64,000 nt of DNA, taken from NCBI GenBank assembly GCA_951406725.2, contig OX597832.1:67146001-67210000 (forward strand), in the 5' to 3' direction. The stretch comes from Octopus vulgaris (taxonomy: Eukaryota). Position numbers and translations under genes: made by a program. Positions 31,451-45,109 of this stretch are shown here, piece after piece; the stretch's first letter is position 1; each line of letters starts with the position of its first letter. The notes under the pieces were generated by a model that was given only the letters and a program-made list of their open reading frames with translations, made no database searches and was not told where the DNA came from.

Positions 31451-32972
31451 ATATATATATATATATACATGCATTTATATACCTCCACAAAACGTACACA
31501 TACACGCACATACACACACATATATATAGACTTATACATATATATTCAAACTTACAAATACATATGTTTTTATATGTATGATTGTGTGTGTGCGTGTGTG
31601 TGTATATGCGTGGATGTGCGTATTTATGTGATTGCGTGTATGTATATATATGTAATTACATAAGTATATAAAGGAATAGGCACTATTGATCGTAATGCGT
31701 ACACATTTTCAAATTTCATATTGTCATTAGTGGTTAATTAGTCATTCATCAGACATAGATATTCAATGTGATTTTGCCATGGTGTGTTAATTTTAAAAAT
31801 CATTTACAATAAAGGCATTGTGACTAAGGACAGTTCCGTGGAGCATAAATACTGATGGACGAAAACAAGTTATAATATCCATCTGTATATACACGAAAAT
31901 AAAAGAATTAATAAAAGGAAATGAAAAGAAAGCCACGTGATCATTGAATAAAAGCAAATAATATAAAATAATATAAAGGGAATAAAACTTGGTTGAAAGC
32001 TAGATGGGAGAGGGTGATAGTATGTAATGTGATAAAAAGAATGAAGGCAGAGGGTTAAAGGGGAAATACATTTAGTTAAATAAAAGTATGGTATGGGTGT
32101 GAAAGAGAAAATAATTGTTGAGCGCGGGAAGAAAATTCTTTAGATTTTCCGTTGACATTTTTCAGCTTCAATACAATCCGCTGTTATAGATAATAAGCAC
32201 ACCCTCACAAATAAACACATAAACGCCTACAGGTACACACACACGCTGGCACATATGCACACACACACACATATATATGCATATAACATACACAGATATG
32301 TAGATGCATACATATATACAGACTTGCATAAAAGAGAAAGTATCGACGAAGCACTGGAAGGAATGAAGGAATTTCCTTGAGCGAACAAAATGTTCCCGCT
32401 CTTCCTCTCTGTCACTCCCGTCCCTTTCCTTACGCACCCGTATTTCTTTTCACATATGAACAATGATTAAAACGCATAGGAGGGGGAGGCGTAACAAATA
32501 TCTGAAGATCCAAACACAAATGTGTGATCCCTCATAAAAAAAGTGTGATTATTATTTTGTTTTATTATTATTATTTTTTTAATGAAATTAGGTGCTTTAT
32601 AATTCAGAACTGGTACCGCAATAAAAAGCGATACAATTTGACATAGCCTCATTCTCCGTTGCCATAAAATGCTTTGAATATTTTGAAGGAGAGAAAAAGA
32701 AAATAGAAAGAAAAAAAGGTGCAAAAACAATGAAAATAAATAAATAAAACATTCTGAATAAAATGATCAATAGAGATTATCGGAACAAAAGACATATGAA
32801 CGATGTAGCAATTCCTGTAAATTTTTCTGTGAACACGACAACAACATGGAAATGAGTTGCTGATACAACAAACGTTTTACCACTATGGATTAGAAACGTT
32901 AGATTGTGATTCTTATTCAGTCGATTTAAATAACACAGCTTTGATATCACAACAATGCCTGCATCATGCATG

Positions 32973-33022
<50 letters not shown>

Positions 33023-34398
33023 TATTATTATTATTATTATTATTATCATTATTATCATGATTGCCATCATCGTCCCCATCATCATCATCATCGTCATCAT
33101 AGCTGTTTTTGTTATTTCAATATTATTATTTTTTGTTATTTTTTGTTTTTGATGTTTCGCTTTTTAAGATTATTACACTATTTGTGATGAATTTGGTTTT
33201 TCCCCCTTTTTTTACTTTTCTTACGGCACTTGGATATTATGCATTTGGTTGATATATAAAATAAAATATATTAAAATATATTTATTTTGAATAATAGCTA
33301 ATACGAAGTCAAAAAAATAAAAAAATTCTAATAAATGTTATCTATAATTCTACTTTATATTAACATACCTTCCGGATATGATTCGCTAATAGATATAATT
33401 TTCTATAAAATAAATGCTGGTAATTTGCAGAGAAGTAAATTTTTTTTTTTTGTGAAAGAATAAGTTAACATATACACCCACATCCACTTACCACACTCAA
33501 TTGTATATACACGTATACGCTTGCATATACGTTTATATGCATATGGGAGTACTTCGTATGTGGGTATGTTTATGCGTAATTTATTGTATATGAAAGTTTG
33601 TGTGTGTGTGTCTATGTATGTATCTTTGTGTATGTGTGCCTGTGCGCGTGCGAATTTATCTATATGTATTTATACGATAGCTCATCGCTCAGTTTCAGAA
33701 CAAAAAATTGTGTTTACATTCGTTCTCTCCTAAAGGTTGATATGCATTAATGGAATTTTATGAAACAATCAATGAAATGACTTAACGATTGAGCAGAAAC
33801 ACTAAAGGTATCCGGGAAATAAATAGAAAGGAATATCGATTTGTTGTATCGACACGAAAACCATAAATTTCTATGGGTAAGAGTATAGACGAATGCGACG
33901 AACCTTACCCAACCAACACTGGCATTCACGTGAATATGGATGGGAAAAGAAAAGAGTAGTGTCCTTTTTGTAGGCATAGATCTGAAGGCAGAATATTCTT
34001 GTGTGGAATTGCATGGTAGAATAGAGCGGGCCTGTATTTCGTCCATAGGAATCCATAATTTATCAAAATATCATAAGAAATTGTACATGATTGTATGCAG
34101 TAAGAATTATATGCATTTAGTTACGAACAGCACCAAAGTTTAGTCCGATACTAATATTTCTTGCCTAAGAAGAATGAAACAAAGTTGGAATATATTGTAT
34201 TTGAGGTGGAAGCATGTGGAAATATGTGTGTGTTTGTGTTCGTGAGATTATGTTGTTTTCTTGATACGCCAAATAATATATAAATGTCTCTCTGTGCTTG
34301 CACATATTTCAGAATGTATTCATATTGCATCACAGTATGTTATTACGCCTTAAATACAAATCATAGAATTCGATATATTTTTGCAAAAAATGGCGTAT

Positions 34399-34475
<77 letters not shown>

Positions 34476-34779
34476 GTATCTATATATATATATACATTCA
34501 CGTTAGGGATAGGCTGTCCGATATTGTTATATATCGCTGGTCGAAATGACGTCATCCCACTGACTAGGTGAGTTGACCAGCTTTCCCCACAATTCATCGA
34601 AAAGGGGTTTGGATCGACGTGAAATGAAGTGTTTTGCTTAAGTGCACAAGGCGCCGCCCAGACAGGAAATCAAACCACGATGTGACACTAGCCCACCCGC
34701 TCTCACTCATTGTGCGTGCGTGTGTTATTTATGTGTGTGTGTGTGCAAAACTTTACATATATACATGTACATGTATATA

Positions 34780-34821
<42 letters not shown>

Positions 34822-34929
34822 TCCTTTATAATTAATAATATCAAAGGGTAATCAGAAATATATGTAATTTTCGTTACCAGTAGCCTAGCGTGTAAAATAT
34901 TTAGTCAATAGACTATGTATTATTCATAT

Positions 34930-35180
34930 AAATATAGTGTACATTTAAAGACATAAGAGGCATCCATCATAGGATTCCTTGCACGCTAGAGAGGACAGTT
35001 AAATTCCAAACGACTATTAGGGATAAAATTTCGTAGGCAAAGTAAAATAAAAACATTTACCTATTTTTCTTTCCATTCGAAATGTTATCCCTAATTGAGG
35101 TTTGGAATTTAAGTGTCCTTTCTAGAGTGCAAGGAATCCTATGGTGGATATCCCTTATTTGTTTAAATGTACACTGTATT
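34930..35180. repeat. Fold-back relic, same family as 15860-15990
   Basis: gtgtacatttaaagacataag...tagggataaaatttcg and its inverse cgaaatgttatcccta...tttaaatgtacac. Confidence 0.75.
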
Positions 35181-35365
35181 TATATTCATTTTTATGCATA
35201 TGCGTGTGTACACACAGACATAACAGAATTAATATCCACACTTATAATCATTGTAATTTATTTCAATCTGAAATTATAAATTCAAATAATGTATTAGTTG
35301 TTGTAAAGTGGATATTTGATATTTAGTTGACATGCTCTTTGCATTTTTCTATGCAAGGACTCAAT

Positions 35366-36270
35366 TAAGCATGTTACTGATCACATGACAAATATTCTGT
35401 TGAGGAATTCCTTGCAAAGTTTCATGCAATAATCTCAAAAAATCTGGCTTTGTAGTTCTTTTTATGAAATGTCTTGTCCAATATGGCCCACCGGTGTTCC
35501 ATAGTGACCATATCTGGGGACTGTCTTGGCCATGGAAGCTTGTTAATGCCATTACCATGCATTTTAACCGTGTGAGAAGAAGCGCGATCTTCCATAAATA
35601 AACTTTAATCTACTTTAATCATTTAACTGCAGGAGAAGATTTGAAGAAGTCCTATCTCCAATATGGACACACATTGATCTGAGTTTATGTTTCCCTCATA
35701 CTTCACTAGCTCTCATCATCCATTGCTCCAAATTGCTCCCCCAGACGATCACAGAAATGCAGACGTGCTTCATTCTTGGCTGCAATCTTTTCACATCAAA
35801 TTCCTTATCATAGAGACTCCAGACCCACACACAACCACTGTTAGAATATACAGCAAATCTGGATTCATTAGACAATGTGTCCTTCTCGATCATCTCACTG
35901 GCTCAATCTTTTCTCCGATTGATATTGCTGGTCGAAGAAGTGTCTTCCTTCTTGCTGCTCTGCCATAGTAACCCAGGTTGTGGGGACACCTGACAGCTAT
36001 TCTGTGACTGACATCAACTTGTTCTGCTATATCAGAAGCCTTACAACGAGGATTATCCTCCACACTTCTCTTAGCAAAGGGAAGGGTCCTGTCAGAGGGC
36101 CCTGCCTGATCTGGACGAGGTGATGTGAACTGCTTTTTCTCTCTGGTGAATTGCACGATCACTCTATTAACTGTAGAAAGCAGAATTCCAAGGGTTTCTG
36201 CGATTTTACACTAAGTCCACCGTCAGAATGACCCACAATACGGCCTCTTTGGAATTCAGACATTTCCAAG
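35366..36270 (-). mobile_element. Degenerate Tc1-family transposase
   Basis: Fragments IAETLG, YYGRAARRKTLL, LSNESRF, QPRMKH...VIVWG, PWPRQSPDM..MEH.W; many frameshifts. Confidence 0.8.
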
Positions 36271-36405
36271 GATTATTTTGTACATGGCCTGATTAACAGT
36301 CACATACAGAACCTGAAACATAAACATGTCATTAATAAAAAAATATATAAACATTTACGTTAGACTAAATATAAATGGATGTTTTATGTGGTATCTATTT
36401 AGTTT

Positions 36406-36446
<41 letters not shown>

Positions 36447-36556
36447 TCTCTGTCTATTGATATATAAGTACACTTTTATAATAAAACATATTACTCTACC
36501 TCTGGTATTTAAGTACTCTTTTTTCCACCTTTTTCACATTTATGTGCTTACTCCGG

Positions 36557-36593
<37 letters not shown>

Positions 36594-37088
36594 GAAAACA
36601 GTTGTTCTTGCGTTACGTCCCCGTAACCTGGTTGTTCGGCAGAACAGATCGATGGAATATGTAGCAGTGTTATAGAATTAAAAATTACTGCGGTCTGTTC
36701 TTCCAACTAAACTACTTTAAGGCGTTGTCATAAGATGGCTTCCCTATAAAGACTGAAACAATTAAAAGATGAAAGACACATGACAGTCAAATATAATTTT
36801 ATATAAGAATATAAATGCACTGATTTAAATCCACAAACATACTCGCATAAACACAAGCACGCTCTCACACAAAAATTTACATAGGTGTGCCCAGGCATAT
36901 GTCTGAGTGAATGTTCATATAATTATATATCTATGCCCAACGTACACTCACGGAGACAGGGGAGTTGTATTCTTAACAGGCGATTATCAAACAGAAACTG
37001 CTATATCGGTTTATTATACAGTTATGCCATTGGGATACACAACATGAATTTCAACGCAGAAACACATCTTGAAAAAATACTAAAAAGA

Positions 37089-37239
37089 AGAAGGCTTGCT
37101 TACCAACCACATGTTTCCGGGATCAGTCTCACTGCGTAGCACCTTGGGCAAATATCTTCTACTATAGCCTCGGGCCGACCAAAACCTTGTGAGTGAATTT
37201 GGTAGACAGAAACTGAAAGAAGCCCATCGTATATTTGTG

Positions 37240-37285
<46 letters not shown>

Positions 37286-37372
37286 CTGTGTTTGTGTGTC
37301 CACCATCGCTTGACAACCGTCGCTGGTGTGTTTACATAAGAAACCTATATAATAAGTACTAGGCTTACAAAG
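37089..37372 (+). mobile_element. tRNA-derived SINE, 3' truncated
   Basis: gcttgcttaccaaccacatg...ctactatagcctcgggccgacc...gcttgacaaccg...aataagtactaggcttacaaag. Confidence 0.85.
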
Positions 37373-37454
37373 ACTGACACAAATAAAAGAATAAACGAAC
37401 ATTATTTATATCATTTGCAATTAAGAGATATTTGTCCTCATCTTATTTGTTGTT

Positions 37455-37660
37455 AACATAACGTTTCAGCTGATATACCCTCCAGCCTTCATCAGGTGAA
37501 ATTTCGAACCGGAGTTCTCATTCCTAAGGTATTTTTCGATGTTGTTGTTGTCATTATTATTATTACAACATCGAAAAATACCTTAGGAATGAGAACCCAG
37601 GTTCGAAATTTTCCCAAGACACCTGATGAAGGCTGGAGGGTATATCAGCCGAAACGTAAA
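37455..37660. mobile_element. Inverted pLTR-like fold-back with a minimal hammerhead in each arm
   Basis: + 37618-37658 gacac CTGATGA a ggctg gagggtatat cagcc GAAA cg TA; - 37455-37498 CTGATGA a ggctg...cagct GAAA cg TT; arms are separated by (gtt)/(att) repeats. Confidence 0.75.
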
Positions 37661-37742
37661 CATTTGTTTACATTTAAACTAATATAATGTTATTTTGTAG
37701 AGTAATAGAATTAAAATTTCTTTGATTAAAACTCGTTCTAAC

Positions 37743-38800
37743 ATGGACGTATCCAAAGAGCATTTGAGGAACATAATGTGTTATGAGTACAAAAAGGTCA
37801 CTCTGTAGCCGAAGCGCCTCGATTTATACACTCAGTTTATGGAAAAGAATGCTTGAATGAAAGAACTTGCAGATGGTTTGCCAAATTTAGAAGTGGAGAT
37901 CGAACAGGACGTCCAGTTGAGTTTGATGATAAGCTCCTTGAGGCATTACTTGAAGGAAATTCTGCATTATAAGATGAAGAATTGGCAAGAAAGCCTAGTT
38001 CAAACCATACAACTGTTCATCGTCATCTTCAACAAATTGGAATGGTTCCTAAACTTAGAAAATGGGTGCCTCGTGAATTGTCCGAAAGCAACCACAGATC
38101 CCGAGTTGACATCTGCTCTTCTCTCCATTCTCGAGAACTCATTTCACCCTTTTTGGAGAGATTCGTGACTGGTGACGAAAAATGGATGTTCTATCGAAAT
38201 GTTAAACGTCGTAAAGAGTGGCTGGGTAAAATGGTAAAAGCTCAATCACAACCGTGAAGGGAACTTCATGGGAAAAAGGTTTTTCTCTCTCTCTCTGGTG
38301 GGATTTCAAAGGCGTAATTCACTTTGAATTGTTACCACCTAATGCAACAATTAATGCTCAAGTCTACTGTCAGCTATTAGAGCGTTTGAATCAAGCTGTT
38401 AAAAAAAGATCTGCTTTAGTGACTAGAAAATGCGTGATGTTTCATTAGGACAATGCTCGACCCCACACTGCAAAGATCACATCACAGAAGATCGAAGAGT
38501 TTGGTTGGTAAAAAATTCTCATCCACCTTATTCTCCCGACCTTTCTCTTTCAGACTACCATTTGTAGGGGGACATAACTTTCGCAAGCCAGGAGGAGGTC
38601 GAAACTGACATTTCAGAGTTATTTGCTTTGAAACCAAAATAGTTTTACATTGATGGGATTAAAAAGCTTGTAAATAGATGGACGGAAGTCATAGATAATC
38701 AGGGAAAGCACATTGATGATTAAATTTGAATTAAATATAACATTTGATCACTTGTTTTCTTTATTCAAAATTCGGACAAAACTTATGGGATGACCTGATA
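37743..38800 (+). mobile_element. Degenerate mariner (DD34D) element; CDS relic 37743-38723 with 3' TIR present
   Basis: WVPREL, VTGDEKW, DNARPH, HPPYSPDLSLSDY; 3' end cggacaaaacttatgggatgacctga+TA; several stops and frameshifts. Confidence 0.9.
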
Positions 38801-39553
38801 TATATAAAGGTGTTATTCAAATCATCCTTAAACTGCCAGCGTATTCCGAAATGGAATATGTCATTTCATCTTTATAACCTGTGGTGCATGGAACACGGAC
38901 TATTGTCATACATCGAGAATTGGCTACTTTGTCAGAACTAATGCGTTAGCGACTGGATGGGGTTTTTCTCAGTCTCCGATGAAGGGAACTAGCTTAGATA
39001 ATAGAAATGTTGAGACACAAACTGGAATATAGAATGTTTAGATTTTGACGTTTCAGATATTTTCAGGTGCAGCGACTTCCTCGGCAAGTATGGTGGTCAA
39101 CCAATACATGTATTGTATTTCTCCCCGACGTTAATCGTTATATTAAAGATCTTCTTTTATCTACATTTATTTTTTAGACTATATATTTCTTACAAAGAAA
39201 AAATAATTCCGAACCATCAAATGTATTGTTTATACTTCTTCGGGCGACACCAAATGCTTTTAATTGTGAACCAATTTAACAACAGGCTGGGGCTGGCAGT
39301 CAATATATTATTTAGGTACACCTCGATGCGTGTAGGTTCATTTTTGATAACATGCCCATGTATTATTTACATAAAAAAGGGAAACTACACGTGTAATACA
39401 TAACTTAGAAGCAGCGCTTCAGACATGGCCGCCCTCATGCACTTCTCATGAGAAATACCGGAAGGAGGTACGTGAGACGACTGAAGTGACGCTTCTGGAA
39501 AAAGAAAACCGTTGGAAAACCGATTATTGCAGTGACTCGATCAATACCTAGGA

Positions 39554-39593
39554 ATATCTGAAGAAGGAATTTATATATTCCGAAATATTATAT
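39554..39593 (+). ncRNA. Minimal hammerhead ribozyme motif
   Basis: atat CTGAAGA a ggaat ttatat attcc GAAA ta TT atat; perfect 5-bp stem II, palindromic AATATT in place of stem III, 4-bp stem I. Confidence 0.6.
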
Positions 39594-39696
39594 CAGACTA
39601 TTCATGATTAAATTATAACAGCTATTATAATCCATTGTTGTGCCATTTAAGAAATACACACACACACACATACACATATAATATTATATTATGTTA

Positions 39697-39880
39697 AGGC
39701 GGCGGGCGAAATGTTTATCAGTATTTCGTTTGTCTCTACGTTCTGAGTTCAAATTACGCCGAGGTCGACATTGCCTTTCATCCTTTCGAGGTCGGTAGAT
39801 TAAGTACTAGTTGCGTACTGGGGTCGATCTAGTCGACTGACCTCCCCCTAACAATTTTGGGCCTTGCACCTAGAGTAGAG
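39697..39880 (+). mobile_element. Second tRNA-derived SINE family, central region resembling the MetaSINE conserved domain
   Basis: gagttcaaattacgcc (B-box), then gcctttcatcctttcgaggtcggtagattaagtac; domain assignment from memory. Confidence 0.7.
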
Positions 39881-40004
39881 TAGAGCATTATTTTATTTTA
39901 TATTCATAGTATTTAATGTAATATCGTAATATAAATAAATTATTAGATTGTCTATAGAACATCTCAATATTTAATTTATCGTTATATATACATACATATA
40001 TATA

Positions 40005-40052
<48 letters not shown>

Positions 40053-40482
40053 CTTTTAAATACGTGAAGTGTAAGCAAAATAAAGCTCCTATTTTATAGC
40101 CAGAGTGGCCTTTATATGGGCAAGAAGAGATAAACATCCCTCAGTAATTCATCCAGTGATGCACTATTGCTTGAAATGAATTAATGATTATCAACCGGAT
40201 GTCCACAGATAATAGTGCTATACTGTACTTAATCCCAAGGATACTGATTCTGATTTAAAAATCATGTGATTTGTGGAAACGCGTGTAACGATATATTAAA
40301 TATTTATAAATACTATCCTAGAATTATAGTCATTATTATATTTATCCTCCATTATATCAATATAACCATGAGGCAACTCCGAAAATCTGACGCACTCGTC
40401 AGTAACATTAAACGGTAGTCGGCATATTGAAATAGGAGTTTTATTTGCATACCACTGACGTTACCTTGAACAACTTTAAAAG

Positions 40483-40514
<32 letters not shown>

Positions 40515-40537
40515 CTTTGTGTGTGTGTATACGTATG

Positions 40538-40604
<67 letters not shown>

Positions 40605-40974
40605 ACGTTATGTGAGTAGTGATATATGAGTGTTTATATGTCTTTATATATGTGAATATGTGCGGCACATATATGCAGACATACGCATGAATATGAACAT
40701 AAAAACACATCTACTTGCCATAGTCCCATTGTAATTACCATGATTTATTTCATTTTTCAGTTACCTCATTTCTTACATGCGGCTTTTATTTTACCTTGAA
40801 ATCAACCTGCCACAAACTGTGTACATATATTTGCAATGGATATTATTGTACATTCCGCAACACCTTCTTCCCATATTTGGAACATTTTCATACGACATAT
40901 CATGTAGACATACAGAACATTTATTTAATATTTATGCATCTATTTCATAAAACATTTAGACAATATAAAACATG

Positions 40975-41014
<40 letters not shown>

Positions 41015-41393
41015 TGATGGGCAGGGAGGAAATTTATGTATTCTATGAAATTTAAGTAAATTGTAAATTTCAAAATTGGCAGATATCAAATTATATAAAT
41101 GTTTAAATATACGAAAATAAAATTATATCTAACATACAATTAACTTTAACAAAAAAGAAATAACGCTTTCACTTACATTTATACCAATTTGACAACGTCA
41201 TATCTATACGTTAGCATTCAATTCAACGGCAATTGTTTCAGTAAAACAAATGTTGTGTCTGATTGTAAGAAACACAACACACAACGTTATATAATACCTA
41301 CACTCACAAAAGAAGAAACACCCATGAATACATTCTTATAAGTGTCAACACATACATATAAGTATTTATCTACGTATCTATCTCTCTGTCTCT

Positions 41394-41439
<46 letters not shown>

Positions 41440-41514
41440 TATATCTAAATATATACATATATATACACATCTATATTTATCATCAATCTCTATATATATC
41501 TTTCTATCTATCTA

Positions 41515-41552
<38 letters not shown>

Positions 41553-41576
41553 CATATATATATTTATATCTGTCTG

Positions 41577-41628
<52 letters not shown>

Positions 41629-41827
41629 CGTATCTATCTGTCTAACTCTATATATAGTTTGCGGCACATATATACAGATTCTTCATGCTGTTTATTTTGC
41701 CTTCCATTTTTGTCTTTCGTTGATCGAAAGAATAGTTCATGTTCCATGTACTCGTGCTCCGTACGTTTTTGCTGTACATTACCTGTTAACGGTAGTTGTT
41801 TCTCTTCTGTTTAAATGTACAGTATGT

Positions 41828-41897
<70 letters not shown>

Positions 41898-41933
41898 TAT
41901 GTGTATATATATATATAACATATATATATATAT

Positions 41934-42003
<70 letters not shown>

Positions 42004-42059
42004 TATATATATATATATACATATAAGTACATATATATATATATGTGTGTGTATGTATG

Positions 42060-42275
42060 CATGTATTTGTGTGTCTGTCTTTGTTCCCCACCCCATCGCT
42101 TGACAACCGATGTTGGTGTAGTTACGTCCTCGTTAATTAGCGGTTCGGCGAAAGGGTCCGCAAAAATAAGCACTAGGCTTATAAATAATTATGCCTGGGG
42201 TCGATATGTTCCAATAAATCGAGACTCCAGTAATCAAATGACTGAAACAAGTAAAATAAGAAAAGAATAAGAGAA
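42060..42275 (+). mobile_element. SINE 3' half
   Basis: gcttgacaaccgatgttggtg...agcggttcggcgaaa...tcaaatgactgaaacaagtaaaataag. Confidence 0.8.
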
Positions 42276-42979
42276 TATATTAATTCCAAATTAAAGGATT
42301 GGTGTTGGTAAAATCAAGCCTACACATGTTTCCTAGCTGTCAGAATCTTACGCAAAACAACTACTCAACGAGGGTTACTCTACTCGCTACTCATCGGGTC
42401 GAAGATACTTTAGTTACATGAAAATTAAATGATCGTGAAGGGACTCCAAGTTAAGTAGCAGAAATCAATACAGAGCGCGACAAGATCAAAACAGTGAATG
42501 CCGCACCTGCGTGTTCAAAACGGTCTTACTCCGTCGTTACATGAAGTGCATGACGCGGTACATAAAAGCTATTGGCACTTGTGACTATACCCTGAGAAAA
42601 ACTGCCTCCAGTTCTACACGAGTTGTCGGCATTGGGACCACGTGGTTCATTAATATCTGGGTTTCCTCCCAGTGGTATGCGTGTATTAGTGTGCGTGTGT
42701 GTGTGAATGAGTGAATTGGTGTATATGTGTGTGCGTATGTATTCCGTTTTCTACAACTTAAATTTCATATTATCACAAATTTTAGTTAATTTGCTTTGCG
42801 TGACCAACTGTTTTATCGAAAACGTATATTGTTGTTAAATGCTCGAAATACAATACTAGAAAAACAGCCAACAACTGATGAAGGGTCGTTCTTTATGCTG
42901 TTTCTTTTGTTTACCATTTGTGTATTTCGTTGTTCGAAAGAATAGTTCATGTGCCATGTACTCGTCCTCAATACGTTTT

Positions 42980-43027
<48 letters not shown>

Positions 43028-43181
43028 TATATATATATATACATACATTACGCAATTCTATATACGTATATGTCTATATGTGTACCTATATATGATATAT
43101 GTCTATATAGAAGTATATATACATGTGAGTATATGGATTTGTGGAGAAATAGATACATAAAATATATACCTACATGCATAT

Positions 43182-43226
<45 letters not shown>

Positions 43227-43576
43227 GAGAGAGAGAAAGAGAGGGGTTTTCTATTTAATAAGATTGGTGTTCCCTTTGCTACCACGCGGGCTCGCCTCCA
43301 TGCTCACTGCACGTGACCTCGTGTGTGAGTGGGGTGTATGTGCGTTTATGCATGTGTGTATGCTTGTGTGTGTGTGTGCTCGCGCGCGATAACCGCATGA
43401 CTTCTCACGTTACTTTGTGTAGTTCTCCGTAATCTGAAGCTCCAGCAAATATATTTCATAAAATTAGCTCTAGTCTTAGAAACGATTACTGAAGCCTATT
43501 ACTTCTCATAAAAACTTCCTGTTTGTGCCATTGTGATCCGCGTACAGTGAGAGAAACAAATATGAAATAATATAAC

Positions 43577-44100
43577 AGGCGCAGGTAAATAGCTTGCCTC
43601 CCAACCATATGGTTCCGGATTCAGTCTCACTCTGTGGCACCTTCAAAAAGTGTTTTGCTATATCCTCAGGCCGACCAAAGCCTTGTGAGACGGAAACTGA
43701 AAGAAGCCCGTCGTATATATAATGTTTGTGTATGTGTGTGGATATTTGTGTTTGTTCCCACCCCTCACTATTGCTTCACAACCGATGTTGTTGTGTTTCT
43801 CGTCCTCGTAAGTCAGCGGCTCGAAAAAAGAGACCGATACAATAAGTACTAGGCTTACAAAGAATAAGTCCTAGGGTCGGCTACTCCGACTAAATGCGGT
43901 GCTCCAGCTTGGCCGCAGTCAAATGACTGAAACAAATAAAAGAATATGCGTACACATCCACTCGCATTTATACGACGAGCTTTTTACATCTTCTTCCATC
44001 GTCTGTCTATCAAATGCACCCACAAGGCTTACAGTAGAAAACACTTGCAGAAAGTGCTACGCAGTGGGACTGAACCCGGCATCATATGATTGGAAAACAA
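43577..44100. mobile_element. SINE (+, 43577-43945) followed by an inverted SINE head (-, ~43970-44100)
   Basis: ggttccggattcagtctc...ggccgcagtcaaatgactgaaac, then cgcagtgggactgaaccc. Confidence 0.8.
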
Positions 44101-44217
44101 CTTTCTTTATTTCGTTACATTTGCCATTAAGTCAGTAGATAGAGTAAAGTAATTGTGCGGGCTGGACAAGGACATTAATGAATGAATGATAATGAAAGAA
44201 AGATGATAAGGATGGGA

Positions 44218-44751
44218 GAAGACAAAAAGCGCCTGCCGACTTCTGCTTCTCTAAAACATTGTTCTTTAAAACCAAACACAAAACGAGGTATTAAACATCT
44301 TACAACTTTTACAACTTTTCACCTACACTTACACTTCCCTTAGGCAATGCCCCAGCTCTAGGTCGGGGCCCCTCAAGACGTATCTAAACATGTCCTTTGA
44401 GAAAGTGTTCATTACCCTGATCATAGCGACATCCGATATGATCTTCGTAGTCACCTGCGAAGGCCACTCTTCATCCCCTGTGTGAAGACAAAAAGCGCCC
44501 GCCGACTTCTGCTTCTCTAAAACATTGTTCTTTAAAACCAAACACAAAACGAGGTATTAAACCTCTTACAACTTTTACAACTTTTCAATTTTTGGACTTA
44601 ACAGTCCATTACAAACAAAAAAATAGTTCAATAATTACATATAATATAAATTCAATACATAAAGCCCCTCCTCCCAGACCTGGCTTACACTTCCCTTAGG
44701 AATGCACCAGCTCTAGGTCGGGGCCCCTCAAGTCGTATATAAACATGTCCT
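44218..44751. repeat. Partial tandem duplication X-Y-Z-X-W-Y
   Basis: 44218-44321 = 44484-44587; 44328-44396 = 44684-44751. Confidence 0.85.
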
Positions 44752-45109
44752 ATCAAACATAAAAAAATACATTATCACTTCTCCCTTCCTCCTCTTTCCG
44801 GACCCCCAGTCAAATATCTAGCCGCCTGCAGAGCAGAACACGTTGACAGCCGGGGAGTTCAGAAAGAAAGCGAAGTGCCTATTATCAAATGTTTGTGCCA
44901 CACAGTGTCACAATTTATGACTCATCCTCAAAATAACTTGTGCCCGCATCCAAGCTTTCGTCAACCTCTTCCCATGATACGTGGGAAGAAATAAAATTTC
45001 CTTACCCTCCAGGGTAAAAACAAAAATATCATAACAGAAACAAATAATTTCATCGAGGCAGCAAGTATTGTTGTAGCAGAAAACGTGTGTATTGATGTCA
45101 AGAAAAAGA

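Noticed and set aside
44328-44396. Possible HDV-like ribozyme in the GC-rich Y repeat
   Set aside because: Could not build the nested double pseudoknot; only a simple hairpin is evident
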